A DNA stretch of 61,515 bases, filler included, from Choristocarpus tenellus KU-1152 (Eukaryota > Protista > Phaeophyceae), in assembly GCA_964200185.2 (NCBI GenBank). It is 10 parts of 10 records of this genome, joined end to end, with 100 filler letters (N's around TTAATTAATTAA, not from the genome) between each part and the next. Parts side by side here need not be neighbours in the genome. Positions count along the whole stretch, not along the records: positions 1 to 2,905 come from CAXNAD020023761.1; positions 3,006 to 5,585 come from CAXNAD020026579.1; positions 5,686 to 21,919 come from CAXNAD020000852.1; 7 more parts are not named here. One strand, given 5' to 3'. Of the stretch, positions 1 to 13,200 are shown piece after piece (within the stretch, counting starts at the first letter, position 1; every line of letters begins with the position of its first letter). The translations under genes and the position numbers were made by a program. The notes under the pieces are model-generated. The model had not been told where the DNA came from. It saw only the letters and a program-made list of their open reading frames with translations, and made no database searches.

Positions 1-409
1 ACCATCGAGTCGGAGAGTCCAAGGATTAGGAAAGAAAAAAAAAAAGCACAAGGCGGTTAAGAAAATTTCCTTAAAAGAAATATTGCGTGTTGCGTGAGGG
101 AGGGAGGGGAACTCTTGTAAAAAACCTATTGTCACGAGGTGATCACCGAACACCTCCGAAAATCCAACCAGAGTTCACATACTTCTACACCGCCTCCTGC
201 AAAGCCATAAGAAACGCCTTCCCAACACGATATATTTCCTCATCCACACCAACTGTTCAAACTCACGCTGGACAGAAAAGCCTTTGATAATTCCAACCAA
301 TACACAACACACATTACTTGCCATATACGACAGGTTGAAGTGATATCTTTTCTTGTTTTGTGTAACGGCGACGGAGGTATAAGAAGAAATACATGTATAT
401 ATATATATA

Positions 410-790
410 TATTAACACTTCAACAAGGAGGGAAAAGGCAAAAAAATAATAGTAAAAATTCAACAGAGGGAGAAAAATAAAATATAATATCAACAATTCA
501 ACAGGGGAAAAAGCAAAAAATAATAGTAAAAATTCAACAGAGGGGGAAAAATAGAAAATAGTATCAACAATTCAACAGGGGAAAAAGCAAAATATATTAA
601 CAACTCAACAGAGGGGGAAAAGCAAAAAATAATAATTCAACAGAGAAAAAAAATAATATTAACAATTCAACAGAGGGAGAAAAAAATAAAGTATCAATTC
701 AACAGAGGGGGAAAACAAAAAATAATATTAACAATTCAACGAAGGGAGAAAAACAAAAAATTAAATACTAATACTTCAACAGAGGGGGAA
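410..790. repeat. A-rich degenerate minisatellite (about 35-40 bp unit)
   Basis: The core CAATTCAACAGAGGG(G/A)GAAAA recurs about ten times. Confidence 0.75.
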
Positions 791-1093
791 GGCTCCTGAA
801 GGTACTAACAATTACGACGGAAAAAAGGTTCAAGAAGTATATATACTTTTAAAGAATTATCCTGAAAAAAGGAAAAAAAAAATATATATATATATATATT
901 TTATTTTATTTTTCAGTTATCATTCCAAGAAAAACAAAAAACAACACCACTGTACACGTATGATCACTATTATTTTTTTCTACTCTTACATACACACTGT
1001 ACTACAATCAGAGCAGTTTTGACGCAAGAGGAGGCGGCGGTGCACAACCGCAGGGAGCACGAGAAAAAAAAAGCCTCTAAAAATACTGCAAAC

Positions 1094-2829
1094 CTGTCCT
1101 CAGGATCGCAGGAGAGATACACGCTGAACATATTAGGAACTCTCGGGTTATCCCTGTGGAGAATTTCCAGGAGGGTCGGCGAAGTCACCATGCTCAAGCC
1201 ACCAAAACCAAGTCCAGCAATGCCATCCATCATAAAGGTTCGGATCTTGAGTACAGGGGGGATGGAAAAAGGAGAACAAAAAAAATCAATGGGTTAGGTT
1301 AGGGATAGGAGGGATAGGGAGGGCGAGAGAGGAAGGAAGGAATAACACGATTTAAAACTGAACAGAATAAAAAAAAAATTGGCACAACGAAATTATTCTC
1401 TCGCCAACAAAACACAACAATTCTAATTAATCCGCCAAATAGAGGGAGCAATCAATCCGGCCTTGCCCTCCTCTAACTTTTTTTTTCTAAAGCCTTTTGA
1501 AGTAGACCCAATGTAACTATCTTTACATAGAGCCAGCTTGCCATTGTAGTGATACCAATTTATTGGCAACGGCATACATGAAACAGGTAACGACAAAAAC
1601 GGCATGTGGGACTAGTAGCGCAACCCACAAAACCGTGCGAAATATAGGGTTCAAGACCCGGTCCTCACATTCTTTTTTCCGACCAAAAGAGAGATCTTAC
1701 AAACAAAAAACTTCTAAACTTCGTGCGGTGGGAGTTATCACCAAAACATTGTCATGCACTTGTCGAACGCATTTGTCCACTATTTCATATCAAATCCATC
1801 ATCCCTCAACATGCAAGATTCACACACAAAATCAGTATTACAAAAAAGAGCTTTCTGAGACACACAATCAGTCAACAAAGTCTTCTATCCCACTGTAAGC
1901 ATTTACACAATAGTTCAGGTGTGATGATCTGACTGACCTGTCCTAGCCCAACCTGTTCTGAAATATTTTGTTTTAAAGTGTTTTCGCTCCTCCTGAAGTT
2001 ACTTTTTATTATTATTACTATTATTATTACTAGTACTATTACTATTGTTATTATTATTATTATTAATATTACGACTATTGCTATTGCTGTTATAAAAATT
2101 AAGGTTCTAGGTTTGTATGTAAGTCACTCCTTCAATTATAATATAGGGACATCATATATGATATAAGAGGGGGGTGTCAATATGGTATAATGACCACTCT
2201 GAAAGTTTTTAGTAGTGACTGTGGTGAGCACTTTTGGTTCACAATGTTTAACCTTTCAAAATATCTAAGACCTCCCTCTTCCGTCACTCACAAAAAAATA
2301 TATTTTTAAAAATACGAACTATAATTAATCTAAATAAGTACTACGAAGCATTTTAAAATGGGCTCAAAAAAAGTAACCTCAAAAAACCATTCTGTACACA
2401 TGATGTTCATGCTCTCTCTCTCCTTGTGTATAATCCAAACCCTAACCCTAACCCTAACCCCGAAAATATCGTAAACTGACTCAAACCCCAAACCATGTCC
2501 CTAACCCTTCCACAGTTGTGTATATATTAGTGGAAACATTGTAGAACCTGTGCCATCCAGAGCAATAATAGTTGTACGCATAATTTACACTACATTGTAC
2601 ACACATACATACACATATACATACACATATACTTACACATACATGTGTGGGTATGTTCACCTGCTGGTCCTCATAAAGGACCTGTCCAAAGGTTACCCTG
2701 TCCAGCTTCAGGCCTGCTAGGGTCACATCCTCTACAGCCACTACCCCCAAGACAGACCCGCTCCCATAGTCCACCTCAAAGCGTCGACTGCTGCCTTCAC
2801 TGTAAAGAACATCCTCAAAAGTGGAAGAC
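1094..2829 (-). CDS. Pepsin-family (A1) aspartic protease, internal exons only
   Basis: Two phase-compatible GT-AG exons: 2829-2661 (SSTFEDVLYSEGSSRRFEVDYGSGSVLGVVAVEDVTLAGLKLDRVTFGQVLYEDQQ) and 1245-1094 (IRTFMMDGIAGLGFGGLSMVTSPTLLEILHRDNPRVPNMFSVYL). The YGSG flap, DGIxGLGF and FSVYL motifs are typical of pepsin/cathepsin D. Catalytic DTG exons were not seen. Confidence 0.88.
2438..2461. repeat. Interstitial telomere-type (CCCTAA)n tract
   Basis: AACCCTAACCCTAACCCTAACCC inside the protease intron. Confidence 0.8.
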
Positions 2830-2849
2830 CTTTTGGTGGGGCAGAGGGG

Positions 2850-2905
2850 GGAAGGGGAAGGGGAAGGGGAAGGGAAAGGGGAAGGGGAAGGGGAAGGGGA
2901 AGGGG
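2850..2905. repeat. (GAAGGG)n microsatellite at contig end
   Basis: About nine hexamer copies running into the N linker. Confidence 0.85.
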
Positions 2906-3005
2906 NNNNNNNNNNNNNNNNNNNNNNNNNNNNNNNNNNNNNNNNNNNNTTAATTAATTAANNNNNNNNNNNNNNNNNNNNNNNNNNNNNNNNNNNNNNN
3001 NNNNN
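2906..3005. other. Artificial contig linker N44-TTAATTAATTAA-N44 (first of nine)
   Basis: Identical 100-nt linkers at 2906, 5586, 21920, 26550, 32311, 35340, 40796, 50656 and 55278. The 12-mer puts stop codons in all six frames. Confidence 0.97.
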
Positions 3006-4154
3006 AAAAAATAACGATCTCTTTACAAAATAAATGTTTTGTTTCCACACCCCCCCCCCCCCCCCCAACAAAAAATAATAATATTTATTTTTCAAAAAAA
3101 AGAAAATCTATTCTCGTTTTTTCTCAAGTAGCACAAAAAACGCTAGCGACTCTTCCTACAAAACCGGTATAAATAAAAATAAAAATATCGCACGCCCGCA
3201 AGCAGGATTCGACCGCTAACCCCTCAAATACCAACACACAACCAAATGACCAAAAAAAAAAAGATCGCATCGCTGCTCCCAACACACAAACCCTTCCAAT
3301 TTCACAGCCCGGGTTGTTGTCAAACGATCTGATTATCATCTATTACAAACAGTAAAAACACTTTCCCTTTCACCAGCGCCAGGCCCAGTACCCACAGTTA
3401 TTACTTAACCGACAAGATGACATACCAGGGTGCAGAGTCTTCATGCTCGGGTTGGTGGAACGCTTGGTGTTTTCCTTGTCCCGATTGAGATAACACAAAC
3501 AGTACGTTGGGAACATCTGAAAAAACAAGTGGGGGGGGGGGGGGAAGGGAGGGATAATCAGGGAAGGATTCGGGGAAAGGTGGGGGGAGGGGGGTTAATG
3601 GCATAACAACAACAATAACAAAAATAAAATCAAGTTCAAAAATACTTTGAAGAGAAAGAAAGATAAGAGAAATGCGTACAACATACTGGATGGAAAAAGA
3701 AAAAAAATGTAGGTTGTAAAACATGTCCAAGGTACAAATGCACTCGCACATGTAGGATGTGGAGGGAGGGAGAGGGATAGAACCTCCAGAAGCAAGCAGA
3801 ATCAGTAGAATAGCAGTATCCTTTGTGTAGCATGTGCAGAGGGCCTTTCCATTTGAAATCAACAATAATGGGGCCTGACACAGACACACACACAACCAAA
3901 ACAGATCATTCCTCAAAGGATCATCCCGAACATGTTCTTGTTCTTAAAACGTCATAAACCAATCAGTCTACAAATGTTCCAATTGCAACAAGTGAAGACT
4001 AGGACCAACAGCACCATACGTCATTCGACAAAGCAAGTGTGAAAACCTCTAAACACAGAGGAGTTCTTTTCAAGTTGCCCCTCCTAAGGATTTATCGAAA
4101 TTCTGCAATGCAACTAAGGGTCAGCACGCACAGGTTGTGTATATAGTACAATTT

Positions 4155-4461
4155 GATACTCTGTTACTGCATACATTCTATTACACTACATACTGTAGTA
4201 TAATGTAATATCAAGTTACTACACACATTCTATTATCCTAAATTTGTAGTACACTATAATACTGTTACTACATACATTATTTTACTATATACTATAATAT
4301 AATATATTACTATGTTACTATATATATTCTATTTTACTAAATACTATAGTATAATACAATACTATGTTACTACATATATTCTATTCTACAAAATACCATA
4401 ACATAATATAATACTATGCTACTGCATATATTGTACTATACATAAATACAACAGCATAATA
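4155..4461. repeat. AT-rich minisatellite (about 50 bp unit)
   Basis: Recurrent TACTATGTTACTACATATATTCTATT-like unit, about six copies. It resumes after 4810. Confidence 0.75.
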
Positions 4462-4809
4462 CTCCCTCTGGCCCATAAGTCTGTTCCCTTATGCATGTAA
4501 CTCTTCGGGATGACCTCCGATTTTAAAAACGGATTTTTGCATTGGATTCTTTGACGTTTTTTTCGTAAGAATGCCTTTCCTCGCTTTCACTCAACACTGT
4601 AAATGCACCAATTCAGTGCCTTCTTGTGGGCCTATGCCCGCCTAACATCAGCTCCATACGTTCAGAACAATTTCGGGATATAATTTTTTGTAAATATAAC
4701 TCATCTTACGTAAACCTTTCCGAGGAATCCGATGCAAAAATCCGTTTTGAAATAGGAGGTCATCCCGAAGAGTTACATGCATAAGGGAACAGACTTACGG
4801 GACAGAGGA
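4462..4809. mobile_element. Stowaway-like (Tc1/mariner) MITE, complete
   Basis: About 90-bp terminal inverted repeats. Left CTCCCTCTGGCCCATAAGTCTGTTCCCTTATGCATGTAACTCTTCGGGATGACCTCC mirrors right GGAGGTCATCCCGAAGAGTTACATGCATAAGGGAACAGACTTACGGGACAGAGGA. TA lies on both flanks, and CTCCCTC termini are the Stowaway signature. Confidence 0.88.
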
Positions 4810-7240
4810 TAATACAATATTACTACATTTATTCCACTATACTAAATACAAGGAACAAAAAAAAATAATATAACCGTTTTCTTCATCTACCACCATTGTG
4901 AATGCCAACTCCAGAAGAAACAGGTGCATGCCCTGATGCTCCAACTGGGTTCCTCCAATCTCTAGGTGTCACCCGACTTCTTATTCACTGATCTTCTCTT
5001 CCTTCTTCGACGGCACTTGATGAATTTCTCTAGCAGTGTGCATTGCCTTCTTTTGAACACCTTCAAAAATCGGATCTGGGACCCCTCCGAGTAACTGGAA
5101 AACTAAAAACAATAACGATTTCTACCCCTTCTCTCACGGATAAGGACAAGACTATTCCAAGTACAAGCACCCTCAGCACTGCACTCAATACTCCATGCTA
5201 CACATCACATACTCTCCATAGTCAACTACACTAAGGTTCTCTTTCTTCATATTCAAAGAAGAAAGCAAAACTGAGAACAGTTTCGGGGTGGGGATATCGC
5301 ACAGTACAAGTCAAGAACTTGAAATCAGTTTGAAACAAAAAAAAAATGTCTTTGTGTCCCATACAATAAACATACAACGGACATGAACTCAGTACTACGT
5401 ATTGAAGACCCGAGATGTTCATCATTTGTGAAGCCTGAGTCTGTTGACACGAGGGGGAAAAGATTCTGAGCTTCAGCAGCAGCAAACAAGATCTAATGAC
5501 ATCCCTGACGCACCCAGTGGAATAGAACCGAACCAACCACAGTATCCTCATCCCCCCCCCCCAACTATATTAGGGTTAGGGTTAGNNNNNNNNNNNNNNN
5601 NNNNNNNNNNNNNNNNNNNNNNNNNNNNNTTAATTAATTAANNNNNNNNNNNNNNNNNNNNNNNNNNNNNNNNNNNNNNNNNNNNATCCCACTTCTGCAA
5701 GGTGGACACCCTCTACCACCTCAGCTTGGCCCATACAATTGTAAATAATGAACTGGTAGTGTAGGATCAGCAGTACATGATATGCTTGCCGCTAGGAAAA
5801 CACCTCTCCTTTGTCCAACTCGAGTTTCTCCATTTGCTCTTTGGCATTAGCTTCCCTAACCTCTTGAGCTTTCCGTCTGACGGCATTCAAGTCTCGCTTC
5901 CTTGTCGCTGCATCGTGTGGGTTCCTTGCCCCATCTCTGGTTAGGTGTCCCCTCCACCTCTTTTTCTGTGGCATCCCCTCGTCTGCAAGATCCTCTATAA
6001 CCAGCCCTCTTTACCTCTTGATTCTCTTATTCCCCATCCAGAGACTCCTTACTTCGGGTGTTGATTAGTTGAGATTATGTTGAGTGTCCGAAATTGTCCT
6101 CAACATTTCTTGCATCTAATCCTCTTCTTTCTGAGAACCAAGTATGGTCTTCTCAGTGTCGTTGTGTAACCTCCAAAAATTTGGGAGCTATCAGAAATTA
6201 CAAGAATCTTCCCCATTCTTCATGTGAGCAGCAACAGCTAAATATTTAGGGATAGGTGTCAAATATTACACTGAGTTGAAGCTAAAGTCAGCAGGATTCA
6301 CTCGATTATATCATGAGAAGTAGGCACCACAAGTAGAAAAGAAAACTGAAGAGACGAAAAATTGAAAAAAGGTGTCAAAAATTAAATTTCATAAAATGCC
6401 TTTAAACGTGATACAAGAAATAGGGATCATTGCTTCCCTACAATAGGAACCTTGAATGCCATCCCTCAATGAATATTCAAACTCCTTCGACACAAATGTC
6501 CAAAATGTCTTCCATTTGAATCTATGAAATATATATCCTCTGATTGAAGCCATACACCCTGAGATCGCAGGAGTCTAGATAGCTTGTCTTTTTGATCTGA
6601 TGGTGTCAATAGCACAAAGATGTTGATAGAATAACGATGTGAAGTAGTTGTAATGGTACAAATTTATGCTGAACAGTGGTTGATACCGTCAGTCTTTTTC
6701 AGTTATCTCTCTTCAACTGATACATATTTGAATGTTTTGGATTGCTATATTGATCTCTCAAAACAATGCCCTCTTCTCATCCATTGCTGCTGGCTAATTT
6801 TTTCGCGGGCAATGTCAATGATTGTCATGTCTTCAAAATGAGATTTCACCCCTTTTCTTAAAATAGTTATGAATAGTATTGTCTTCCATAGAGGATTACA
6901 AATCCAAGTAGTGAATCGAAGTTGGAGGTCGCGTTTTTGCCTTAGATGATGACCATCATCAGCACATGGCAGTATGGGACCCTTCTAGGAACTCCTTTTC
7001 CTCTCCACGTTCAGGGAGGATGATAATACCACCCTGCATAGGGTGAGGTGGGGTCTGCACTGCTTTGATTGAATTGGTGTTGCTTTTCTAATAGCATGTG
7101 CTTACCAAGAAACATTATGAAAATTATTACATGCTCCAACATGTACAACCCTCTACAGATCCAGAAATCTGGGTACCTCCTTTTTTGCGTGGAATGTGTA
7201 CTAACCCTAACCCTAATCTGTACGCTTGTTCCTTCCAAAG

Positions 7241-10200
7241 GTTATTGGTCCAGAGTACAAGCTACTGATAAGTGGGATCTGCGGGGAAAAACGATTTGCC
7301 TCTGCTGTGGCAAAGCGACTGGAGTCTCTTGGAGCATTGACACAGGTGACACCAACCCTAACCCTCTATTGTGTACCCTGGATGGAACCATACGGTGTGT
7401 ACTTTGATGGACATTGCATTGTGTGCTCTACTTGTACTTGAAACCTCATAGCATGATATGGACCATGGACCACAATATGGTGGGGACAAAGTGTTGGCTA
7501 CTTTGGTTTTGATGTATTTCATTGGGCACAAAATGTTGGAATATACTTCAAACTATGTCAATTTCCATTTGAGTCTTTACTTCAAAACCGATCGCTGGGC
7601 TTGGAATTGGTCTGTTTCCATGAAATGGCTTCATTTTTTTTCAAGTCTTTGATAGAGGCATTTCCTATACTCTTGTACTATAGTGCAGCTCATGTTCGCT
7701 CCGTTGGCAGCCTGACCGACCTGTCTCCCTTCTTTGATTTTGTTCAATGCTTCATGATATGGATCGTACTTTGCTGCCACCAACCTGTGTATCAGGTATG
7801 TGGTATATGTAGGTTGCATTCAATCTTTTTCATGTCACCATATGCAATATGGATAGGTATTTTCAACTTTCAACTTGGTATGGTTTGTCTGTTGCATTAC
7901 TTACTGAACCCTAACCCTACCCCTACCCCTACCCCTACCCCTAACCCTTCCTTTGTCATAGATTTGATAGGCCTGCGTTGAAGCTGTGACGTACCTCTTG
8001 TCAATGTTGTTAGCACTCTTTTTTTTTGTCAAAAAAATTCCAAAAACCGAAAAATTGCTGTCACATATCGCACATGATGTCATTGCGCTGGATTGAGTGT
8101 ACATGAGGTGGGTCAAAATTATGCAATGCCACCATTTGATGCAACAAAAGACGTGGCTGAGGGTGTAAAATATTTAGTCATGCTGCCCCACTTCAGCTTT
8201 GCAATGAAAAACATGAATGAAATATGTGTCTCAAGCAGTAGCGCATATAGCAATGACCTACTGAAGGTCTGTAGCACCCGTACAGAATTGGGCTGAAGAT
8301 GGCCTACTCGCCCTTGGCAATCCAGCTGTTGCTCTGAGAGTTTCAAATACCTGGGAAGATGTGCATATTTAGACAAATTTTGTTTACCCTAGCCTTACAT
8401 CTTCTGTCTTTGCCCCAATTGTTGGTCTGAGCTGTGCTATGAATACCTTCAATCTTAGAGACCATATCTGGACCTTCCTTAGCCCTTCAATACATGTAGC
8501 AACAAATATCTTGACTTGGTCTAACTCTGAGCTTACAAAGTCTGAAATAATCTAAGTGTATGATGGGCACTGTGCTCAATACAATCTTTTCTGTCTTTGA
8601 TATCCTGTCAGGGAGACAGACGGGCATCCCATGGTGGATCAGCAGGGCTTGGACTTACTTCATTCAACATTGACACTAAGTGAGGAATATGGGCATTAGT
8701 GTTCTTCTCGCATACTTTGGGATGGCCAGTAGTGCATTCTGGCGATCATTTTGTGGGATGTTTTGTGTTGAACTCTGAGCTAAACTTCATGTTTTTTCTG
8801 TTGCACTTTCTGATATACTTCCTTTCCCTGTGTATTTATGTGGTATGTTTCTATCATGTTATGGAGATCCCGTACCTGGCAGTGCATTTGTTATTAACAT
8901 TGTGGGATGCTACAAGTAATGTACCATATCTTCTTACCAGTATCCATTTTTTTCCCAATATTTTGCCTGTGCCACTTGCTGATATTTCAGATCTTATAAA
9001 ATTCTCCGGTAGTTTGGGCAAACAAAGTCTGGACATGTAACGACTGCAACCAACCCCAGTGCAGGTATGGCAGGGACTCCTTGAACCACTTCTATGAGCT
9101 TTGCTCGTACAGCAGCAATGTGGAGCCCGTGACCAAGCCCCCCGACTTGGAGAACGAGATGTTTGCTGATGTAAAAGCAGAGGTGCTACTTACCCAACAC
9201 ACGTGTTTCCCTCTTTATCTAGTGGGGAATGAAGAGTGTGTAGTGTCACGTCTCAAGACTTTCCCTGAATTACGTATTTTCCGGGTTTATAGGCCTTGAC
9301 ATACCAGTCAAATACCAGATGATAGGTACATTATCAATTGTGCCTGTGGGTAGTCTATATTTTGGGGTGAATAGTTTCATTATCCACACTGCTGTGGTGA
9401 TCAAACGTAACCCCTAATAAAGGCGTGACCACCAACAAGATTAACTTATAGGCTAGATGAGACTGCTAGCTTGTTTTGCTGAGATGTAATTGATTGAGTA
9501 TCAGGAAAGGAAAAGGTACGATTGTGGTGCCTCCGGAATAAGTACAATAGCTGCGCATGTTTGCCTCACATAATCACTATTGATGAATTTGTTGCCAACA
9601 CTTCAAGGGTCAAATTAGAGTCAGGGTTAGGTTTTGCACTGGTAGGAGGATATCCAATATATGTACCTGATTTGAAGTTTTTAATAACAAGGCTACATAT
9701 ATTGGAAAGATCTTCTGTAGCCATAACTGATTTATTTGAGGATAAGCAAAAAGGTGACCATCCTTTGTGCTTTGCAAACTTCACATGGTGGCCACCAAGA
9801 AATATTTTTTTCTGACCACAGGTTGCTGTAGTATGCCCCAGAAATATATCTTACACAGCCGCAATCCTTCTTGCACTCTTTGAAGATCTTGGATGCTCGT
9901 CATCAGCGATCTTTATTAGAGAAAATGCAAGGGAGGAATTTAGAAGCTGAGGTGAGCCAGGAGGTGCTAGGAGGAAAGGCTTCTTTTTTTGAGGTGGCAG
10001 CTGCTTGGTTGAAGTCTGTTGGCATTAAGGCAAGTTATTTCCAATCACACTTAGCAGGGCATGCTGGTAGTACTGAGAGCATGCTCAGTGAGTTGCTCTT
10101 CCCAATCCCTAGTCACTCCCTTTACAGTATATGCTTCAGCAATTCTCTCTTCAATTTAATATATCTACCGTGTAGCAGTGGAAATGCACTACTGGTAGTA

Positions 10201-13200
10201 GTGTTGAGGGCTTCAAGTACTCCTCTGTGTGTAATGTGGTGGTATTTGTCTGGTGTGTCGAATGAACTCCCTTGTGTTCTCATTTTTCTTCTTGTGGGTA
10301 TCCCCACACCTTGCTCCAACCTGACGACTATGTGAAAGTCTAGAGTGAGTGAATAAATATTTATGATTTTGCAGCCAGTTCAACCTTCACTAATCACCTT
10401 TTTTACCACGGTCCGATCATGCAAGAGAGAATTCCACCCTATCATGGACATTGCAAAGGTAGTAAATCCTTATCATCCTGATGTCTCAGATTTTCCTTCT
10501 GAGCCTGTGGCGATGGCCTGAATACTAAGATTGGAGTTCAGCTGTACTCGATCTTTTTTTGAGCATCTTGTGTACAAGCGTCAGTAAGGATTTGAAAGTT
10601 AAAATAGAGCAATAATCTAGTAATGTGTTCTGGACCATCTACCACGTAGGGAGTATCAGTCCATGCCCTGGTGCCACCGAAAAAAATGGTCTTCACTCCA
10701 TTTATTGTGTTTCAGGTGCTTTTTTAGCATGGTTCCATTTTTTGTATTACTTGTGTATAACTTGAATTGTTCAATTCATGTGAGAATTTCAGGTTGATAT
10801 ATCACAAGCGTTTATGATTCAAATGAAATCATTGAACTAAGCCTGCCTGGTTGAACTAACCCTAACCCTATCTCACAAGTTTCGCCCCGATGTCCAGGTG
10901 TCTAATCTCCACGATGGACTGGAAGCGCGCACGATCAAGAGCAATGTATGTAATTGGTAAAAAAAAACATTTTGTGAGGTTTCTATATTCTTAGTTTGTG
11001 TTACACTGATACATTGTTCAATTCCCATGATGCGTTATTTCGTACCTTTTTCATGAATGGCTATGCTTGATCTCTTTTCACTGTCTTTTTCAATGGAATG
11101 AACATGTTCTGAGACACATTCACTTTGAGTGGAATAGATGCTCTTTCTCCCGGATAGTGCACTATGAGTATCATAGTGTGATCAAGAACTATAGTTGTCA
11201 ACAAGGATATCATTATTATTGATGTTGAAGATAGGGCCTGGTGCATAATTATGGTAAGAATTTTGAATGACTGGTGATTGCTATCATGAAAACAAATTTG
11301 GCCATTGGTATGGTATGGCAGTATAACTGTGTGTGCAAAATCCTTGATGGTGTAAGGGACACCGTGATACTGCTATCATATCCCTTCCACAGTTTTCGTC
11401 TCTCTGGTCAAAGTGGAAAAGGTGTAGTACACTGTTGTGACTTATCTATATGTTGGAGGTGTGTTCAGTGTTTACAGCCAAGCCAGATAGTTGTGCTATT
11501 CTACTTTAGAATTTTTCTTGGAATTTCAACAGCAAGTTGTCTATTTCTGCTACAAGAGGAGGAGATCGCACCCTGCACTGACTCCCTTTTGGCATTTCTC
11601 TATCGGAACAGGTGGGTCGTTTCCTGAATCGTCTGCTTGGGCTCGAAATTAATGTTCAAAGCATTATTTTGGACTATTTCCAGGCGATCTTTGAGGTAAC
11701 TGTACCTTATATCTTAATATTATCCTGAACCTGTAAAACCTTGCAACATATTGGAGTAACTCGTCTCTCCCAAGCAGTCTATAATGTGGACTTGAAAACA
11801 GCAGAGGGTCTCTTGCCCGTTGATGTATGTTGACTCTATTCTTTCCTTTGTACAGCATTTTTGAGGTTTACAATGGTTGAGAACTAAGTTGGTACAATTG
11901 GTGCAAAATATCCAGCTGTGTGTCCTGAAAGCGCACTGTGTTCTTTTCCCCTAATATTGCTGTTGATATAATGTGGTTTGCATTGCTTGGTTCACCTTCT
12001 TGATGCTTTATTAATGGCAGATTTATTGTACCTTGAAAAGAATGTGCTTTCAATTCTTGTGCAAAAGGAGAAATTTAAGAAGCAGTGAGTTCATGATTGA
12101 GAAGAAGTTTGTATTCTGAAGAATAGGAAATTCACATGGGTTAATGAACTAGAATATGGAAGAGTTCAGGAATAGGAAAAATTGTAGCAGGTAATATGTG
12201 ATTGATGGTTAGTGATTAATGATTAGTAGTGCACTGGTTTGGATTGATTTGGTGACAAGGACGCCCGCCTTTGGGCTTGAAGGCCCACTTCTCCTTTCTC
12301 CTTCCTTAATTCATCTACATTCTGTCGAACCCATGAAGCATTTTATCAATATTCATACATACACAAATCTTAGGAAACAGTTTCTTCAACACATTGCATG
12401 TGTGGAGGTATGGTAGACCAGAGCTAGGAGAGGATGCAGCCATTTCAAAGGAGATTGTCTCTGATATCATATTGGGTTGGTTATATCGCAAAGATGATAT
12501 TTTGATCTTGGAGTGAATACAGATGCCCAAAAGACTAGTGGCCAATTTAATATTGATTTGCTTCCGTTTCTAGTGCCTGTAACTCCTCCAAATCTGAAAT
12601 CATCTACTTGGCTTGCTCTTGTGTATAGCCCACCATAGCATTGTAGTAGTGTTCTATAGCAGGCTTCCCATCCCCTGTTTCCTCTGCAAAGCCCGTGGCA
12701 GTAGGGACTAGAATCGTGTGCTTGTGCCATATGAACATGATGATACTTACCGCTTGCACCAGTAAAGGCAAATTTCGCTTGTGACGAATAGTTGCTTTGT
12801 GACCAAATACCAAATGTTTAATTTGGTCGTTTGTCAGTGCCAATAGACAGCCCTGAATTGTATTGTTGATACAAGTGAAGCACCATATCTCATGATTCAC
12901 TATGCAAACATGAAGCCTTTCTATTGTGGATATTGCGTGCCAAGTACTCACCATGAATCAACAGTGATCCTCTAACCCTATGCCTCCGTGGTTCTTACAA
13001 TTAGTGGCCATACTTCAAAACCCATTGCAGCGCAGTACACGACAACACTGGATCTAGGACTCGTACGGCTTGTGTAGGCAGGAGTTGTCACAGAGGCTTG
13101 TGGCTATGCTAGATTTAATCAACTAAATTCAGAAAGGGTTAGCAATAGAGGAAGCACTAACCAAGGGGACGGATACTTCCATGTTTTGGACCCAAAAGTA

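Noticed and set aside
3425-5095. Exon-like segments at about 3427-3517 and 4890-5095 (-) as upstream protease exons
   Set aside because: They lie on a different contig, lack a DTG motif, have ambiguous frames and contain internal stops.
5690-5974. Basic ORF MPQKKRWRGH... as a gene or transposase N-terminus
   Set aside because: It has an in-frame stop, is truncated by a gap and has no diagnostic motif. It may be a TE relic but this is unsupported.
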